A stretch of 64,000 nucleotides of DNA from Octopus sinensis (taxonomy: Eukaryota). Below, in pieces: positions 50,308-63,965 of this stretch. Position numbers and translations under genes: made by a program. Every line of letters starts with the position of its first letter. The first letter of the stretch is position 1. A model generated the notes under the pieces. The model was given only the letters and a program-made list of their open reading frames with translations, ran no database searches and was not told the origin of the DNA. The stretch covers positions 86,428,001-86,492,000 of the forward strand of contig NC_042999.1 of NCBI RefSeq assembly GCF_006345805.1. The letters are read 5' to 3'.

Positions 50308-51588
50308 TTTGGTTGTCCAGAAAGTTTGTGACGATTTTTAAAGAAAGCAAAAGGTCAATAAATACTTGCCATTACATTTTTAATCCACCAAATATGAACC
50401 ATTTTGTTGCACAATGCGTCTCCATCTTTCCTTTAACTTGAAAATATCCTCTTCCCAGAATTGAGGTGGTTCCATAGCAAAGAATTCATCAAGGTATCTT
50501 TTTATGTCATCCAAGGCATTGAGATTTTTACCATTAAGACTATTCTGCAGAGACCTGAATAAGTGGAAATCCGAAGGAGCAATATCTGGTGAATACGGAG
50601 GGTGGGGTAACACATCCCAGCTGAGCTGTAGCAATTTTTGTCTGGTTCCCAAAGAAACGTGCAGTTTTGCATTATCATGTTGGAAAACAACACTCTTCCT
50701 GTTGGCCAATTCTGGACGTTTCTCTTGAATTGCTGCTTCTAACTCATCCAGTTGTGTGCAGTATTTCTCAGAATTAATTGTCTGGTTACTTGGGAGAAGC
50801 TCATAGTACAGAATTCCTTTCCAATCCTACCAGACACAAAGCAAGACTTTTTTAGGGTGAAGACCCGCTTTTGGGGTGGTTAAGGGTGGCTCATGTTGCT
50901 TAGTCCAGGATCGCTTTCTCTGAACATTTCGGTAGATAATCCATTTCTCATCACCTGTCACAATTTGCTTTAAAAAAGGCACGTTTTCATTCCATTTATA
51001 AAGTGAATCACAGATGGAAATGTGATCCAAAAGGTTCTTCTCACTCAACTCATGTGGTACCCAAACATTGTAGCAATTTGTGTACCCAAGCTTCACCAGG
51101 TGCTCATGAACGACGGATTTTGATAGGTTGAGGTTTTCTGCCAATTCTCGGGTTGTGCAATGTGGGTTATTCTAAATGAATGACTTGATTTGGTCATCAT
51201 CTGTAGTGGATGGTCTGCCTGATTGCTCTTTATCAATAAGGCTACAATCTCCAGCTTGGAACCTTGCGAACCACTTCTGTACAGCTCTTTCGGATAAAGA
51301 AACATCACCATAAACTGTGCATATTTCTTTGGTTGCTTGTGAGGCATTTTCCCTTTATGGAAAAAGAAAAGCATCAAGTGCTGAAAATGAACTTTCTTAT
51401 CTTCCATTTTAAAGGGTTACAGAATTAACACAGATTATAGGAACATAAACCTTCTTCCTTGAAAAGATAGCTTAACTGTGCTCTAAATGGAGGTGTAGTC
51501 AAATCCTATTTTATGGCCTCAACCATGTTCTAAAATAAGTCGAAAGGTAAGCTACTATAAATCGGCACGAACTTTCTGGACAACCCAA
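50308..51588 (-). mobile_element. Full-length mariner (DD34D) element, transposase disrupted
   Basis: TIRs TTTGGTTGTCCAGAAAGTT / AACTTTCTGGACAACCCAA with TA flanks; MEDKKVHF, WVPHEL, TGDEKWI, HDNAKLH, PYSPDIAPSDFHLF. Confidence 0.93.
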
Positions 51589-54429
51589 TACATATATACA
51601 TACATCATATGTACACACACACACACACACAAAACAAGCTTCTTTCGGTTTCCATCTTCCAAATCCACTCACAAGACTGGTTTGCCAGTATAGCAGAAGG
51701 CATTTGCAAAGGTGCCATACAGTGGAACTGAACCCAAACTTCTTAACTACACAGCCACTCCTGCACCTGCATATGAAACCCTACAATGACAGAATTATTT
51801 GAGCATTGGACAGAATACTTTGTGGTTTTCTGTCTCTTTGCATTCTGAGTTCAAATTCTACCAAGGGCAACTTTGCCTTTCATCTTTTCATGGTCAGTAT
51901 ATAATGTTCCAGTCCTGCACCAAGCTGATTGGACCTAGAATCAATGTGGTCAGGAAGCACAGTCACATCTGCACCTAATATCACTCTATTTGTATTTACA
52001 CTGCCAATACAGCAAATGCTCTTGTTCTGTAGCACTCATCATGGGAAAGAAGGAAATATACAAGTCATTGATATCAATGATTGTGGTCTGTTACCTCAGT
52101 TAAAATTGAGGTTAGAAGACCCATCCTGGGTTAATCTCATTTTGATATTCAATATCTTGTTCTAGAATTCTAGGTCATACCCCAACCCTACAAAAAAGAA
52201 AAGTGAGCTTTAGTTTCTAGTGCTAAGTTAAACAGCAACAGCTTCACTTCAGTACATATTTATATATATATATATATATATTATCAGCATTGTTTAACAT
52301 CCACTTACAAAACTTCATTGGTCTGGAGTTATAGTAGAAGACACTTACTCAAGGTGGAACTAAGAAGACACTTACTCACTTACTCAATAGTGGGACTGAA
52401 TCCAAGGACTCATAACTGGGAAGAAAGATTCTTAACCACACACCTACATGTGTGTGTGTGTGTTCACTCATGTCCATGTATTTTACATTCTATGCTTTCC
52501 AGAAAATTACTGAGTTACAAATGGCAATGTTGTCATTTCCTTTTCAATGTATTGTCCACTGGCTTTGCATCTCTGAAGATGTGTGAAATAAGAAATTCCA
52601 TGATTTGAAAAATAAGTAGGCAATGACAGCCTCTCAGAGACAATGACAAGTGACTGAGGCCTTTGGTGATATACTCTGCTTGGGAAGACCTGTCAAGCCA
52701 AGTGAAGTCGTGGTTGATACCAATGTCACATAACTGGTATGTAAAAAGCACCCTTCGAACGTTGGGTGATATGCCATGCTTGAGAAGACCTGTCAAGCTA
52801 AGTGAAATTGATACCAGTGTTGTGTAAATGGCAGCTGTGCTGATTGCATGTAAAAAGCACTGCTCAAAAGTTGGGCCTCAATGGTAGCAGTGACAAGTGA
52901 CCAAGACCTTTGGCAATATACTGTGCTTAAGAAGACCTGTCAAGCCAAGTGAGATCGTTGGTGTTAGGAAGAGCATCCAGCCATAGAAACATTGCCAAAT
53001 CAGATTGAAACCTGGTGCAGCTCCCCAGTTTACCAGTTTTGAATCAAACCTTCCAACGTCAAAGTAGATGACTTTGGAAGACCAAAAATTCTATGTGAAA
53101 TGCATCAGGATTTGGAATGACAGAAGCAATTTGAATGTATTCTATGCTGACTTGAATGTAGGAAAATACACTAACATTCTTATCTAACCCATTCGAGCAT
53201 AGGAAAACAGGTGTAAAAAATGAATGACCAAGCTTATTACTGAGAATGCTGCTGAGCTGATTTATCATCATCACCATCATCATCATCATTTAACGTCTGC
53301 CTTCCATGCTAGCATGGGTGGGATGGTTTTGCAAGAGCTGGCCAAGCAGAAGCCTGCACCAGACTTCTGTGACTGTTTTGGCAGGATTTTTACAGCTGGA
53401 TGCTTTTCCTAACATCAACCACTCAGCAGAGTGAACTTAGTGCTTTCTGTGTGGCACAAGCACTAAGTCCAAACGAATTATCTTTATCTTTTTTCATATT
53501 TGTTGTGACATACTCAGAGGACAACTGGTAGTGCCATGGTCTTTCATTAAGACTTCCAAGACTAGTAGAAGAAAGGGAGGATGAAATTGGAGGCACCCAA
53601 AGACTAAGGTATTAAACAAAATGATAAAGTTAACCATGTAAGAACATATTCAGTTCTTCCAGACAGTTTGTGTCTATCTAATTTCACTTACAACATTTGG
53701 GCTGACCTAAGCTTCTGAAGAAAACATTTGCCCATAGTGCCACACAATGGGATCAGATTTAGAACCGCAAGATAGGCATAAATGTGGCTGTGTAATAAAA
53801 CGTTTATTTCCCAACCACATGGTCTTGGGTTCAGCCCCACTGCATGGCACCTTGTGAGTGGATTTGGTAAATGGAAACTGTCATATATATGTGTATGTGT
53901 GTGTGAATGTTTTCTTGCTTTGACTTCATGCAATAGTTGTTAAATGTCATTGTCATGCAAACAGAGTTCTTCATTCTGATCTGTGAAAAAATGGGAAATA
54001 TTACCTTGCTTGAAACAGGTGAGGGTTGATAATAGGAAAGGCATCTGGCTATAGGAAATCTGCCTCAACAAATTCCACCAAATTCATGCAAACATAGAAA
54101 AGGGAACATTAAACAATGATGATCAAGATTTACAAAAGAGACTTTTTAACCACTTGGCTGTGTCTGGTTCTGATAAATTGAAAATCATGCATGAATAAAA
54201 AGGCAGGTGCATTATTATGTTAAGTTATGGACCAAGTTGCTTGTGTGTATTCCTGAATATTGTAAGTAGTGTTTATGTATTTGTGTGAATTGGGTAACCT
54301 TGCTGGAGTAGCTTCTCTGTTTTTTCTCAAGCAGATAATTTGATTCTGCAATTGCTTTAGACTGAAATGCATTTAACATGTTCATGCTGTTACTTCAGCA
54401 TCTTATAGGTACAAGCATAAGTATGTCTC

Positions 54430-54782
54430 CTTTACTTGTTTCAGTCATTTGACTGTGGCCATGCTGGAGCACCACCTTTAGTCGAGCAAATCGACCCCAG
54501 GACTTATTCTCTGTAAACCTAGTACTTATTCTATCGGTCTCTTTTGCCGAACTGCTAAGTTACAGGGATGTAAACACATCAGCATCGGTTGTCAAGCGAT
54601 GTTGGAGGAACGAACACAGACTCACAAACACACACACACATATATACGATGGGCTTCTTTTTCAGTTTCTGGCTCATGGCTATAGTAGAAGACACTTGCC
54701 CAAGGTGCCACGCAGTGGGACTGAACCTGGAACAGTGTGGTTGGTAAGCAAGTTACTTACCACACAGTCACTCCTGCGCCTA
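54430..54782 (-). mobile_element. SINE family B copy
   Basis: Near-complete reverse-complement family B. Confidence 0.85.
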
Positions 54783-55125
54783 TGCAGTTAAGAGGTTTAT
54801 TCCTAACTATGTGGTTTTGAGTTTAATCCCACTATTTGGCAGTTTTAGCAATTGTCTTCTATTATGTTCCTGTTCCAGATAAAGCTTAGTGAGTGTATTT
54901 GGTAGAAGCCTATTACACACACACACACACACACATGTGTATGTTTGTGTGTGTATAAGTATTGTTCTGTGACTGAGAATTTGCTTTCCACCTACAGTAT
55001 CAGGTTCCCACTGTGCGGCACCTGCGTGTCTTCTATTATAGCCCCAAGCAGCCCAAAACTTTGAGTTGATTTGGAAACTGAAACTGGATATGGAAACTGA
55101 AAGAAGTTTGTTGTATGTATATATA

Positions 55126-55267
55126 TGAGTGGGTGCTGAAAAGTTCCTGTCTTTGGGTAAAAAAAAATGCAGGAGGACCAGTTAATTATGATTCTATTCG
55201 ACATATTCCCCTCTCAGATTCACACACTTATTGCAGTGGTCCTTGGAACTTTTCAGCACCCCCTCAT
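55126..55267. mobile_element. Mariner-derived MITE
   Basis: TGAGTGGGTGCTGAAAAGTTCC / GGAACTTTTCAGCACCCCCTCA; interior partly shared with 61620-61670. Confidence 0.75.
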
Positions 55268-56439
55268 GTGTATATATGTATATATATATATATATTCTCC
55301 TTGTCTTGGCAAGGAGTCTGACCATGGGGAAATATCTTGCTTGGAAACATATGAGGATTGGTGACAAGAAGAGCCATCTGGCTGTAAAAAGATCTAACTC
55401 GGTAAACTTTGTCTGACCATGCAGGCATGGAAAAGTGGACATTAAAATGATGATTGTGTGTGGGAGGGTGGGGGTGGGTGCGTGTGTGTGTGCTTGTGCT
55501 TCATAAAAAAAATGCTCAGCAATTAATGGTGAATATCTGCTTGTTTTGCATCTTTGAAGATGAGTGAAACAAGAGATCCTTCACTTGAAAAGCATATAGA
55601 TTTGCAACAGGAAGGGCATCTTGCTGAAAAACAATGTCTCAATATCTTCATCTAACCCATGGTAACAAGAAAAAAGCATGTAAAAACAGACAGAGAGTAT
55701 TACAAGTTCATATTTATTACTATAGACTACTGGAAGCTATCTTGATGCATCAAGATGTTTCAAAACTTATACTTTTTCAATAGCCATATAGCATGTTGAT
55801 TGATGAATTGTAGCAGTGAATACCAGTTTTATGCTTTAGATCATAAACTCCACCATTTGTAGTTACATATTTTTTTACTCATACCCAGAACATCATAATT
55901 ATTATAATTATAAGGATATGATATTGATGTCAGAAGTCAATATTAAAGAACTAACCAGTTACTCAACCAGGCCAGTTTAAATTACAAAATTATAAGAGAA
56001 AGTAGTTAATAGGTAACATCAAATGCTAATTCAGCAAACTTAGTTGATGCTGTTTAGCCCTAGTTGAACCTTGATCAAGCTGATCTATGATCAAAAGTGT
56101 TCCATCCTTGAACAATCCATCTTGTTTTGCCCATTGCTGTACTCTCCAATGTGTATTTCATTTTTATTTTATGACAGTGCAATTTGATCAGGCTGGTAAG
56201 TATGTAAAATAAATCTTTAATACATATATGCTATGGTTATGTATGCTAGCAGAAGACATGTGATTTAGTGGTTAAGGTATTTGGCTCACGATCATATGGC
56301 TGTGAGTTCATTCCCAGTGGCATATTGTGTTTTTGAGCAAGATATTTCTTGTTGCTTCAGTCCACTCAGCTGGCAAAAATGAGTTTTACTTGTTATTTAA
56401 AGGGTTAGCCTTGTCCCATTCTGTGCCATGTTGAATCAT

Positions 56440-56830
56440 CATCATCATCATCATCATCATTGTTTAACATCCGCTTTCCATGCTAGCATGGGTTGGACGA
56501 TTTGACTGAGGACTGGCGAACCAGATGGCTGCACCAGGCTCCAATCTTGATTTGGCAGAGTTTCTACAGCTTGATGCCCTTCCTAATGCCAACCGCTCCG
56601 AGAGTGTAGGAGGTGCTTTTACATGCCACCGCCATGAGGGCCAGTCAGGAGGTACTGGCAACGGTCACGGAAAATCGTGTTTTTTTTTTTACGTGTCACC
56701 TGCACACCAGCATAAGTGCCAGTAAGACGACGCTGATAACAATCATGCTCAAATGGTGCTTTTTATGTGCTACCAGCACGAACGCCAGTTAATTGCTCTG
56801 GCAATGATCATGCTCGGATGGTGCTCTTAG
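56440..56830 (-). mobile_element. Family D retroposon copy
   Basis: (CAT)n followed by the reverse complement of the family D tail and body. Confidence 0.8.
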
Positions 56831-58014
56831 TGCCAACTCCCTGAGAATTATGTTAAGGGTATACGTGTCAGTGGAGTGCTCAACCACTTGCATGTTAATT
56901 TTATGAGCATGGTGTGTTGTTGATTGAATCAACTGGAATATTTGTCATTGTAACTGATGTACAGCAGGAGCTGGACCTTACAAGCAGAGATAACATACTC
57001 CAGTGTTTCTGCCAATTTATATGAACATATGTTGAGTGAATGGAGAAAGCATGAGTCGGCACATTGCTTCAGTGAAGTGATTATATTTCCAGTCTGTCCT
57101 TTCCTATTCTAAGGTAATAGGGCTTGAGTTAAAGAAAATATGGCTGCTATTTCTAACAGGTATGCAAGTTCTTTACCTTTTTGACACAAAGTAAACTTAC
57201 TTGTTGTGTAGTCCCAGAGCAGTCATGATAATAACAAAATTATATTGTTTGATGTAACTTATTTATCTCCATCAAGTGATTTGTGAGATATATAGCTGCA
57301 GTTTTGAGGTGGTCAAATAGTTGTGTGTTTGGTAGTTTGATGAATGAAAACAAACTCACCTGCCATTGAGTCACACACATGCACACACACACACACACTC
57401 TCTCTCTCTGTGCCTCTTTCCCTTTCTCTTCATAGATCATAAGGTTGTTGAAGTGAGTGAGGTAATTGTTGTTTGGAGCAGTGTGATGTTTAATTTAACA
57501 ACAGAAGCTGATAGCATGGTGTTATGCAGTGCATTGTGTAAACATTGCGGACATTAACTCCTTAGCATTTTATCTGGTTGTAAGCAGCCCAAATATTCTA
57601 TCCATTTTGTGTTCAAACCAGCCAGATATAGCCTCTCACACCTAGCTTATGATAACATTCTAAAAATGAACAATTATGTCATTGAAATCTCACAGGTTAA
57701 AGATAATGTAAGATAAGCCATTTCTGTTTAAATACAATCAGAAATACCGAGAAATTTTCAGTGACTCATTTATTATTTTTCAGTGTTCAAAGTGGAGACA
57801 AATTTTGTTTTTTGTAATTACCAATATAACTTCAGGATGTAGGAGTTCTGAGTTTGAAAGAATTATACTCGAAGACTAAAGCCTTGTGAGCAGATTTTGT
57901 AGATGGAAACTGAAAGAAGCCCATCATATGCATGTGTGTGTGTGTGTATGTTTTGTTTCTCCTTGTTTTGACATCATGTAAATGTTGTAAATGAATCTCA
58001 TCAATTTCAAATAT

Positions 58015-59620
58015 TGTGTGACACTTGTGAAGACCTGTTGAGGCAAGTGAAAATCAAATCAAACCAAATCAAAATAGATGAACATCAATGGAATTTGTAT
58101 CTTTGTGGTTCCAGTACCGGTGGCACACAAGAAAAACCATCCGAACGTGGCCGTAGCCAGTACCGCATCGACTGGCCTCCGTGCTGTGGGCACAACAAAC
58201 ACCATCTGATCGTGGCCGTTCACCAGCCTCATCTGGCACCTGTGTCGGTGGCACATAAAAACACCATCCGAAGACCCGGCGACGTAGTCAGTCCACCTGT
58301 GCATACCTTCCTACTTATGACACTTGTGAAGACCTGTTGAGGCAAGTGTGTGACACCTACTTATGACACTTGTGAAGACCTGTTGAGGCAAGTGTGTGAC
58401 ACTTGTGTAGACCTGTTGAGGCAAGTGAAAATCAAATCAAATCAAACCAAATCAAAATAGATGAACATCAATGGAATTTGTATCTTTGTGGTACCAGTAC
58501 CGTTGGCACACAAGAAAACCATCCGAACGTGGCCGTAGCCAGTACCGCATCGACTGGCCTCTGTGACGTGGGCACATAACAAACACCATCCGATCGTGGC
58601 CGTTCGCCAGCCTCATCTGGCACCTGTGTCGGTGGCACATAAAAACACCAACCGAAGACCCGGCAAGACTAGTCAGGCCATAACCCGTGGCCCCTACTTG
58701 GGACGTAGTCAGTCCCCTGTGCATACCTTCCTTCCTTCCTGTGACACTTGTGAAGACCTGTGAAGACCTGTTGAGGCAAGTGAAAATCAAATCAAATCAA
58801 ATCAAAATAGATGAACATCAATGGAATTTGTATCTTTGTGGTACCAGTGCCGGTGGCACACAAGAAAACCATCCGAACGTGGCCGTAGCCAGTACCGCAT
58901 CGACTGGCCTCCGTGCTGTGGGCACGTAACAAACACCATCCGATCGTGGCCGTTCGCCAGCCTCATCTGGCACCTGTGTCGGTGGCACATAAAAACACCA
59001 TCCGAAGACCCGGCAAGACTAGTCAGGCCATAACCCGTGGCCCCTACCTGGGACGTAGTCAGTCCACCTGTGCATACCTTCCTTCTTGTGACACTTGTGA
59101 AGACCTGTTGAGGCAAGTGAAAATCAAATCAAAACAAATCAAAATAGATGAACATCAATGGAATTTGTATCTTTGTGGTACCAGTGCCGATCATCCGAAC
59201 GTGGCCGTAGCCAGTACCGCATTGACTGGCCTCCGTGCTTTGGGGACGTAACAAACACCATCCGATCGTGGCCGTCCGCCAGCCTCATCTGGCACCTGTG
59301 TCGGTGGCACATAAAAACACCATCCGAGCGTGGCCGTCTGCCAGCCTCGTCTGGCACCTGTGTCGGTGGCACATAAAAACACCATCCGAGCGTGGCCGTT
59401 CGCCAGCCTCGTCTGGCACCTGTGTCGGTGGCACATAAAATCACCCACTACACTCTCGGAGTGGTTGGCGTTAGGAAGGGCATCCAGCTGTAGAAACACT
59501 GCCAGATCTGACTGGCCTGGTGCAGCCTTCGGGCTCCCCAGACCCCAGTTGAACCGTCCAACCCATGCTAGCATGGAAAACGGACGCTAAATGATGATGA
59601 TGATGATGATGATGATGCAA
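58015..59620 (+). repeat. Hierarchical tandem array of family D 5' part (four ~350-370-bp units) ending in one RTE-like tail
   Basis: GTGACACTTGTGAAGACCTGTTGAGGCAAGTGAAAATCAAATC recurs at about 58018, 58395, 58741 and 59087; ~57-bp subrepeats at 59260-59440; single tail plus (GAT)n at 59440-59617. Confidence 0.9.
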
Positions 59621-60459
59621 AAATATATTTGCCCATGGGGGAAAATATTACCTTGCTTAGAAAAACATATAGGTTGGTGACAGTAAGGGCATCCAGCCAT
59701 AGCAAATCTGCCCCACCAAGCTCTGTCCAACCCATACAAGCATGGAAAAGTGAACATTAAAATGATGATGATGATGTATAGTTATTGAAATGTATGAATA
59801 CATATAAATATTTATGAATGGTTTTATACACAAACACACATACACACTTGCCCACTCACTCACTCACTTCACAGATGTGTGTGGATATATATCCACTTAT
59901 TGTCAAATGTTAACATTTGATTATTTTCCCATTCTAGATGAGATTATGAGTTTTGGCATAATCTTATGAAAAGAAGAAACTGAAAGGCTGTGACTTATAT
60001 GTATTTCTCAAATATTAGTAGCATAAATAAAGAGAGCTGAGTTCCATTGAGACTATAAATCAGGGCCAGTAGATCTTATCCAGAGCTTACGTTACCTGTA
60101 TTTTCTAGAATAGAAGTTAACTTAAACATTCAAACACTGTCCCAATCTTTCCAAACCCTGCAACATTTCTCATGGAATTTTTGGTTCTCCAAACTCGTCT
60201 TGGTGTATAAACCGACCTACCATTTTTTTAGTTGTAAATTTTGATCTGAAAACTTCAACTTGTAAGCTGAAAAATACAGTACACCATGTTGCCTGTTTCT
60301 GCTTGCATGTACTGTGCTATTTCTTTATTGCTAATTGACAATAGTGGATGTTAACACTGAATATTAATTTGCTTTTAGCTGAGCTTAGTTTGAGTCCTCT
60401 TCCTCCTGAAGCACACATTACATTTTCTCATTTTCAATGCTAAGCATTAGCAAATCCTC

Positions 60460-60850
60460 TGTCTTTTACTTGCTTCAGTCATTGAACTGCAGCCATGCTG
60501 GGGAACCACCCTGAAGGGATTAGTCAAACAAATTAACCTCAGAACTTTTTTTTTTTATTAAGTTTGGTACTCATTCAATCAGCCTCTTTCTGCTGAACTC
60601 CTAAGTTATAGGGATTAAACAAACCAACACATATCAAGTGGTGGTGAGAAACAATCATAAAGACACACACATAATATACAAACACACACACATAGATACA
60701 CAAAAGGTTTCTTTCAGTCAACCAACTCACAAGGCAATAGTCAACTCAGAGCTACAGAAGACATTTGCCCAAGGTGCCATGTAGTAGGACTGAACCTGGA
60801 ACCATGTGGTTGAGAAGCAAACTTCTAGCCGCACAACTATGCCTGCACCT
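60460..60850 (-). mobile_element. SINE family B copy (CpG-decayed)
   Basis: Reverse-complement head CCCAAGGTGCCATGTAGTAGGACTGAACC and diverged tail. Confidence 0.7.
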
Positions 60851-61725
60851 AAATAAATATTTTAAGACAACATCCTTAAATGTAGATGAAATCACAAACT
60901 TCCGTAAATTGTAACCGTATTTACAGGCCACTAAACATTACAAAGTATCAAATTTTACTTGATTTTCAAAAGTATTTGCAAATTTATTGATATAATTCCT
61001 TCCTTTAAGTCAAGTGTGAATCCTTAGTGTATGTTTTCATGACTACACACTTTAAAAAGAAATACTTGGAAGAAAGGATGATAATGTGCTTATTACAAGA
61101 ACCTGAGTTTGTGGAACATAAATAGTTCCTTATTAAGTAAATTCAAAATAAATTGGTAATTAGTGAGTTACATGTATATATGAGTGGACATAGTAGAGTT
61201 CAGTGAAGAAATTTGCCAGGTGAGTGGGGATGGGTGAAAGAATTTAATGATTTGAGTACTCATCCTTCTTCAGCAAAAGGAAACACCAGCATAGCCCCTT
61301 CTACCAACCCTCATCACATACCACACCAATATCTCCTAAACCATAAAATAAAGAATCTAATGAATTTTCCCAAACTATTACACATGCATACATACAAACA
61401 TGTGTATCTCTTCATACTATGGCAATGCTGGGATACCACCTTCAATGGTTTTTACTGAATCATATCTTCTTGGCACTTACTTTATTGATCTCTATTGAAT
61501 AAGTTACTCTTCAACATAAAGGAGTGTAACTCAATGCACTGGTATATGGAAACATAAACACAACATATATATTTTTGTTTATATACGAAGCAGAAAAATT
61601 CCTGGTTGCGGGTAAAAGAAAATACAGATTCTCAGATTCACGCACTTATTGCAGTGGTCTTTCAGTTTTTCTAAGCCTTCTGAAAAAACTCGGAGGTCGG
61701 GCCTCTAACCAGGCCTTTTGTGATA

Positions 61726-61821
<96 letters not shown>

Positions 61822-62231
61822 CTGTTGGTGTGCGTGTGTGCCGGCTTATGTGGAAGCACATGGCTGTGATTAGCGATCATAAGATTATGGTTTCGATTTC
61901 GAGGCTGGACGATGCGTTGTGTTCAAAACACTTCATTTCATGTTGTTCCAGTCCATTCATCTGGTCAAGATGAGCAATCTGGCGACAGACCGGCGTCCCG
62001 TATAGGGAGCAGTGTATACGCTAGAGAGACCAGCTTTATGATCCCTACTGAGTAATGTGGACCAACCATATGTGTGTATATACATCCATGCATATATCTA
62101 CATTATATATTTATAACATATCATCATCGTTTATATATCTACATCTATATCTGTGTGTGTGTATATAAATATATGTATGTGTATATATATATATGTATGT
62201 GCATATATATATGTATGTGTTTATATATATA

Positions 62232-62935
62232 TATATAAGAAGAATAAAAACGGAAAATACGCACACTTACATGGTTATAGTATAATTTTTAATGTATCGA
62301 CCGGTTTCGCAATCGCTATTCATGATACAATGTTTAATTTATATGAAAATATATTTTTTCTTAAGAAGAAAATGGGTCCATGTTGTTTATAATGAGATTC
62401 ACGAGTGAATGATTTTACAAGTTGACAATAAAGGGAGGTAATTGGTTGTTATTATTGTTATTGTTGTCTGTAAGGGAGATGACTGTTTAGGTTTTGGGTG
62501 GGGGAAAATATGTGTACAGAAAGGAGACAGGTTTAAAAAAAGGGGGCCTTGTTTAGTAGGGGATTTATGTACAGTGATGTAAAATGTAAAAATATAAAAA
62601 TTGGTTATGCGTGCTTATTCAGACGCGTTTTGTATTTTTCAATGAAAAAAGTTTCTTTATTTGAGCGTTCTAGTTGAGAGATTGTGTCTTTGCACTGGTA
62701 GAAAGGGAAGACTGTAAAATTTGGTTTGATGTTACCTGCACATTTTTCTATGTGTTCACTAAGAGGGATTTGTCTGTATTGCGGGAAACGGATTTGCTCC
62801 TTATGCAGAGTAATTCTCTTCCTCAAAATTAAACTCGTTTGTCCAATGTACTGATGACTGCAAACCGGTCGATACATTAAAAATTATACTATAACCATGT
62901 AAGTGCGCGTATTTTCCGTTTTTATTCTTCTTATA
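62232..62935 (-). mobile_element. Short 5'-truncated Penelope-like element (GIY-YIG end only) with inverted terminal copy
   Basis: HQYIGQTSLILRKRITLHKEQIR...LSEHIEKC...FPFY...KETFFIEKYKTRLN; 76-bp inverted repeat 62232-62307 / 62862-62937; flanked by (TA)n. Confidence 0.85.
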
Positions 62936-62986
62936 TACATTACAATCCACCACATGGGGACAACCCAAATTCCTCTTTTCTGTTAC

Positions 62987-63022
<36 letters not shown>

Positions 63023-63054
63023 ATATACTAGAGTTTTCTGCAATTTCATGTATT

Positions 63055-63965
63055 TCGAGGCAGTTTCAAAAAGTTCCTGGACGCGAAATTTTTTTTCACG
63101 AGAGTTCCAGATCTCAGTAATGAACTCATGCGCATACGGCCAATCAGAACTCACCTTGACTTTGTTGTCAAGTTAACAAAGGTTGACATTCAAAATGGCG
63201 ACCTCCGCGTGCCATGCGAATCTTGTATTGTGCTCTCATTCAGATGCCAATATTATCGATACTGAACACGTACGTTAGTTAGCGGTAAGTTTGAATTACC
63301 GAAAATCTCGAGTCAGTATGAAGGCAATTGGTGTGCAACCAACTGCAGCATCCAAGAAAAAGATGGTTGGTGCTGGCAGACCGTTGAAAGATTGTTTGGA
63401 AAGTGTGATAGGAAAGGTGCCGTTCAGCACTCAGATTATGCCTAGACACAAAGCTCAACATAATATTCGTGAATTAGTTAAAAACAACCAATCTCTTGGT
63501 AAAATGCACTCTACCGAGTAAACTCAAGTCGAAGAACAGTGTTGTATGTCGACCGATCACCAAGTTATGCCTGATTTTAGAAGGAGACAAGTAATTAGAT
63601 AGATTTGCATCTATACCTATTATTGGATTTTGTTAGGACTCCATATGGTAAAGATGTGGATAGGAAAAATGCGGGTAGTGGAGGATGTGCTAGCATCCCT
63701 CTCCCCTTACTGTTTTACAACGTGAACAACAACACAAATAACTACGCAGAGGCAGCCATGGTTGAAACAAGATCAAGAACAACAAGCATTCTTAAAATGG
63801 AAAAGAAGCATGGTCATTCCTTACCCAAGTGATCTTATCTTATCGCCCATCACTTATGCTCTCATAAATTAGTTTGATAGTTGAGCTCTGATTAGCTGTA
63901 TGCAAATGAGTTCATTACGGGTTCGGAACTTCCGTGGAGAAAAAAATTTTACTTCCCGGAATAGT
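63055..63965. mobile_element. Unclassified element with ~90-bp imperfect inverted ends (mariner-like terminus)
   Basis: CGAGGGCAGTTTCAAAAAGTTCC...GAACTCATGCGCATACGGCCAATCAGAACTC mirrored by GAGCTCTGATTAGCTGTATGCAAATGAGTTCATTAC...CCCGGAATAGTT. Confidence 0.6.

Noticed and set aside
58014-59590. Many overlapping 60-127-aa ORFs
   Set aside because: They arise from a GC-richer tandem repeat; repeated in several frames with no domain signal.
62845-62880. Functional hammerhead at the PLE inversion junction
   Set aside because: CTGATGA comes from antisense coding sequence, stem II is absent and GAAA lacks its G.
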